In this document: positions 60,567 to 64,000 of the stretch, in pieces
Layout of the letters: each line of letters starts with the position of its first letter
Numbering within the stretch: position 1 is the stretch's first letter
Source of the DNA: Eledone cirrhosa
Taxonomy: Eukaryota
Direction: 5' to 3'
Assembly (NCBI GenBank): GCA_964016885.1
Contig: OZ024744.1
Location: 59,582,001 to 59,646,000, forward strand
DNA: 64,000 nt
Program-made: the position numbers and the translations under genes
The notes under the pieces: generated by a model
Seen by the model: the letters and a program-made list of their open reading frames with translations, nothing else
Database searches by the model: none
What the model was told of the DNA's origin: nothing

Positions 60567-60781
60567 AGTTTATGTTGGTTGTATACCAACACCTCAGTAT
60601 GCAGGCTGGAGCACTCGACGAAGTGCGCAGGTTGGTTTGGTTACGCCGGAGTAGTGTAAAATAAAGTTAAATAAAAGTCAAATGATTAAAATTTAGCTTC
60701 GTTTATTACTGCTATATATATTTCAGTGACAGCCAGAAGATGGCAATACAAACACTCAGCAGAACCATGTGAAAGGAGGGA

Positions 60782-61336
60782 ATGGGGGACCCAGAGCCCA
60801 CCCAAGAAACACAAACAGACCCAAGGACCCCCCCACCGAGCATGGGGGAAGACCACCATGTAACACAAAATGAGAACCCTAATCTAGGCACGCAGAGGCC
60901 GACCACCCTCTGCAACTGTAGAAACCCCGAATCATGCCCCCTTGGTAATGAATGTCTCAAGAAGAACATAGTGTACGGTTGTAGGGTTAAAACCCCCAAC
61001 TCCGAACACCTCTACATAGGAGCCACATCAACGAGCTTTAAGGACCGCTGGTACAACCATCGCCATTCATTCAAGAAGGAGGCCAAAAGGAAAAGCACAG
61101 CTCTCTCCGACCTGATCTGGAAGCTTAAGCTGGACAGGACCCCGTACTCTCTGGCCTGGTACATAATCAGGAAAGTACCACCCGATAAAGGGGGATCTTG
61201 CATATGCAAACTATGCCTGAACGAGACCCTCGAGATACTAAGAGGTGGAAGCGGCCTGATAAACCTCAGAACCGACTTCTTCGGGACATGCAGACACCTT
61301 CGAGCCGGGACCTTTCTCAAAATATATGGACAGTAG
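60782..61336 (+). pseudogene. GIY-YIG endonuclease domain of a Penelope-like element (RT lost)
   Basis: NIVY...YIG...R..H motif with Cys-rich flanks; no RT upstream. Confidence 0.85.
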
Positions 61337-62520
61337 CAACACAAGAAGATGTGAACTCCCCTCAAGCTATAGGGACTTCTACAGAACATGAAAACACCTC
61401 TCGGCCAGACCTCCCTCAAGCTATATGGGCAATAACAACACCCTAGGTTGTGAACTCCCCTCAAGCCATAGGGAACAACCCAGGCGGAGCAGACACCATG
61501 ATAGCCTAGAGATAGAATCGGACACAGCCATAATAATTTGGCCAACATCTATAACACAAACACTTTTAATTTACCAGATTTCTGACTTTCAAGTTCCAAT
61601 CTTAAATCTTGATTTCTCTTTATTAATTTGTTATTTGTTTTCTGCCCTCTTCACTGTATCACCTTATATTTATTTTAAGTTGAGATAGATTATAACACAA
61701 ACACATTGAATATCTCATCTTAACATCTTGTATCATACCAATCTATCCAACATATTCTGACCTTGAGATTGGTTATAGCACACACACACTTTATCCTACA
61801 TTATTTATATACATTATCATTACTTTTTCACCAATCTCTCATTTACTCTTTATTCTTTATTCTCTATTTATTTATTTATTTTCAAATTACACAAATTATA
61901 TTAATTATTTTATTTTATTATATTATTTATTTATTTTCTGTTTTCTTCATTTATTGCCTTATATTTCTTCATATACATGAAACCCCCCCCCCCCCTCACC
62001 ACCACTACGATGTTGGCGGGAGGGATGAAGAGAAAACACAAACTGGATACTTCTAAATTGTTAGCAGCAGCAAGATATAAGCTGACCACTACAACAACAA
62101 CAGTACCAAAATAATGGTGGAGGTCAAATGTACTGAACAATAGCAGGCAAAAACACTACAGGGAGCCTCACCCCAGAAAGAATTCTATAGACTTCTGACT
62201 GAGGAATGCTTTCAGAACTGAACAATGGGAAGTTTGACACTTTTTTTGTTATTTTGTTCCTTTAACACCTTGTCCCTTCTACCATTTTATCAATTTTTAA
62301 GCTAACTCCAACAATAACAACACTTAGAATGAGGAATGTTCTAATAACTGACCAATGAGAGGAGAAGGGGACCTGTGACACGAAAATTCGTTTGTTTGAA
62401 TTCATATGACTCCAGTTCCCCAGTGAATTAACAACCCAACAAGGAACTGGGTATATCAGAGTATTGACAATATCATACACCTAAACAACATATGTACTTG
62501 TCTATACCATACTAATTCAA

Positions 62521-62575
62521 ACTGCCTGAAGAGGTCACAGCCAAAGATGGCTGTCACTGAAATATATATAGCAGT
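62521..62575 (+). ncRNA. Type I hammerhead ribozyme in the 3' pLTR of the GIY-YIG element
   Basis: actgc CTGAAGA [ggtcacagcca aaga tggctgtcact] GAAA tatata TA gcagt. Confidence 0.88.
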
Positions 62576-62619
62576 AATAAACGAAGCTAAATTTTAATCA
62601 TTTGACTTTTATTTAACTT

Positions 62620-62719
<100 letters not shown>

Positions 62720-62924
62720 TGGTAGAACACTGGTTGATGGTTTTCTGACCGCCATCTCAGTTTGTTTGGCCTTTATAACCTATGTTTATTGCTCTGGTCT
62801 CTTTTGGTCTATGGAGCGCTTGTCAGCATAACTCGAATATTGCGTTTTCGCTTTGTTTTCGACCATCGCCGAAATACGAATCTCGCTGAAATTATATTTA
62901 TGTATATATATATATATATATATA

Positions 62925-63070
62925 CAACAAAGGAAGTGTGGTAAGGATCTGGGTGGACCATAACGCACCATAGTACTCGATACTTTGGGTAGTAGAGTGG
63001 GTAATAGGAAAAGAGTCAGGACCCGACGGCAGAACTCAAGCCGTTTCGACGGGATTTCTGGACTGACTCT

Positions 63071-63075
<5 letters not shown>
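62925..63075 (-). mobile_element. Same family as the 17017 cassette, short inverted end
   Basis: Shared gtgtggtaagga...ggtggaccataacgcacca...agtagagtg; (TA)n flanks. Confidence 0.75.
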
Positions 63076-63116
<41 letters not shown>

Positions 63117-63447
63117 AGTATGTTTGATAATATACTGTATATTTATCTAAAAACATTTTGAAGACCATGTGCGAAGGGATATGTAATCTTGATAACCGTT
63201 ACCGAGCGAGAAACGGCCATCAGTTGCTTCCCGTTGCTTTTGCCGAAACTAATTAAGTGACATAGTCACCCAAGTAAGTGACATGGTCACAAATTTGAGA
63301 CTCATAACGAATAGTCTTCAAAATGTTTTTAGATAAACATACAGTATATTATCAAATATACTATACATACATTCACACATACATCGCTGTTTCAAGAAAT
63401 CTTGCGAAACAAATACAAAAACGGAGCATATATATATATATATATAT

Positions 63448-63642
63448 CGAAGGACGTGTGGTAAGGAACCAGGTGGACCATAACGCACCAGAGTACTCAG
63501 TACTTAGGGTAGTAGAGTGAGTAATAGGAAAATGTCCAAGAGCCCGACGGCAGAGCTCAAGCCGTTTCGACGGCTATTTCAGGACTAGAAATAGCCGTCG
63601 AAATGGCTTGAGCTCTGCCGTCGGGGTCTTGAACATTTTCCT
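63448..63642 (-). mobile_element. Same family as the 17017 cassette, fold-back
   Basis: Inverted arms of about 55 bp around loop aggacta; (TA)n flanks. Confidence 0.75.
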
Positions 63643-64000
63643 ATATATATATATATATATATATACAATATTTATAATAACATATTGCATGTTTCACTGT
63701 CGATCAGCTGGAGGAACAATCTATTATTGATTGAACCTGACACTCTGAAATCGATAGTGAAACATATGTAATGTTATTAAATATGTTATGATGCAACACT
63801 GATTCTTTGTTCCTTTATTCTTATATAATTAATACATCTGAAAATGTGTGTTGAAACCAAATTAGTCACTGAGGAGGTCACATAATGCGTGACGAAAGGT
63901 CATTGACAGTAAACAAATGAACAACCATCCCGTTATTAAACCAACCAACTGGAAGTTTATAACAAATTGATGTGAAAACAACTGGAGGGTGTGTTTATAT

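Noticed and set aside
63866-63910. CTGAGGA-gtcac/gtgac-GAAA as an intact ribozyme
   Set aside because: Stem II is good but there is no UH in register with stem I; counted only as degenerate, as are about 918, 6332, 18770-18810 and 49618.

Overview
AT-rich, microsatellite-saturated animal genomic DNA. The SINE, Helitron and LINE content and the huge (TA)n/(TATG)n/(GT)n tracts suggest a cephalopod such as Octopus (inference). The only host coding signal is one long, low-complexity first coding exon on the minus strand (46662-45336, ending at a GTAAG donor); no downstream exon was identified in the remaining ~45 kb. The rest is mobile DNA: tRNA-head SINEs, non-autonomous Helitrons, RTE-clade fragments, a near-complete but mutated R4/Dong-type RLE retrotransposon in (TAA)n, and two GIY-YIG Penelope-like (PLE) fragments. 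The most striking hidden structure is at least 12 well-formed type I hammerhead-ribozyme folds from several sequence families, plus degenerate ones. Almost all lie in short cassettes in or next to (TA)n tracts, many as fold-back palindromes. Four share a C-C mismatch at stem II pair 4 amid compensatory changes. All folds were read by eye and are untested; coordinates of degraded repeats are approximate.
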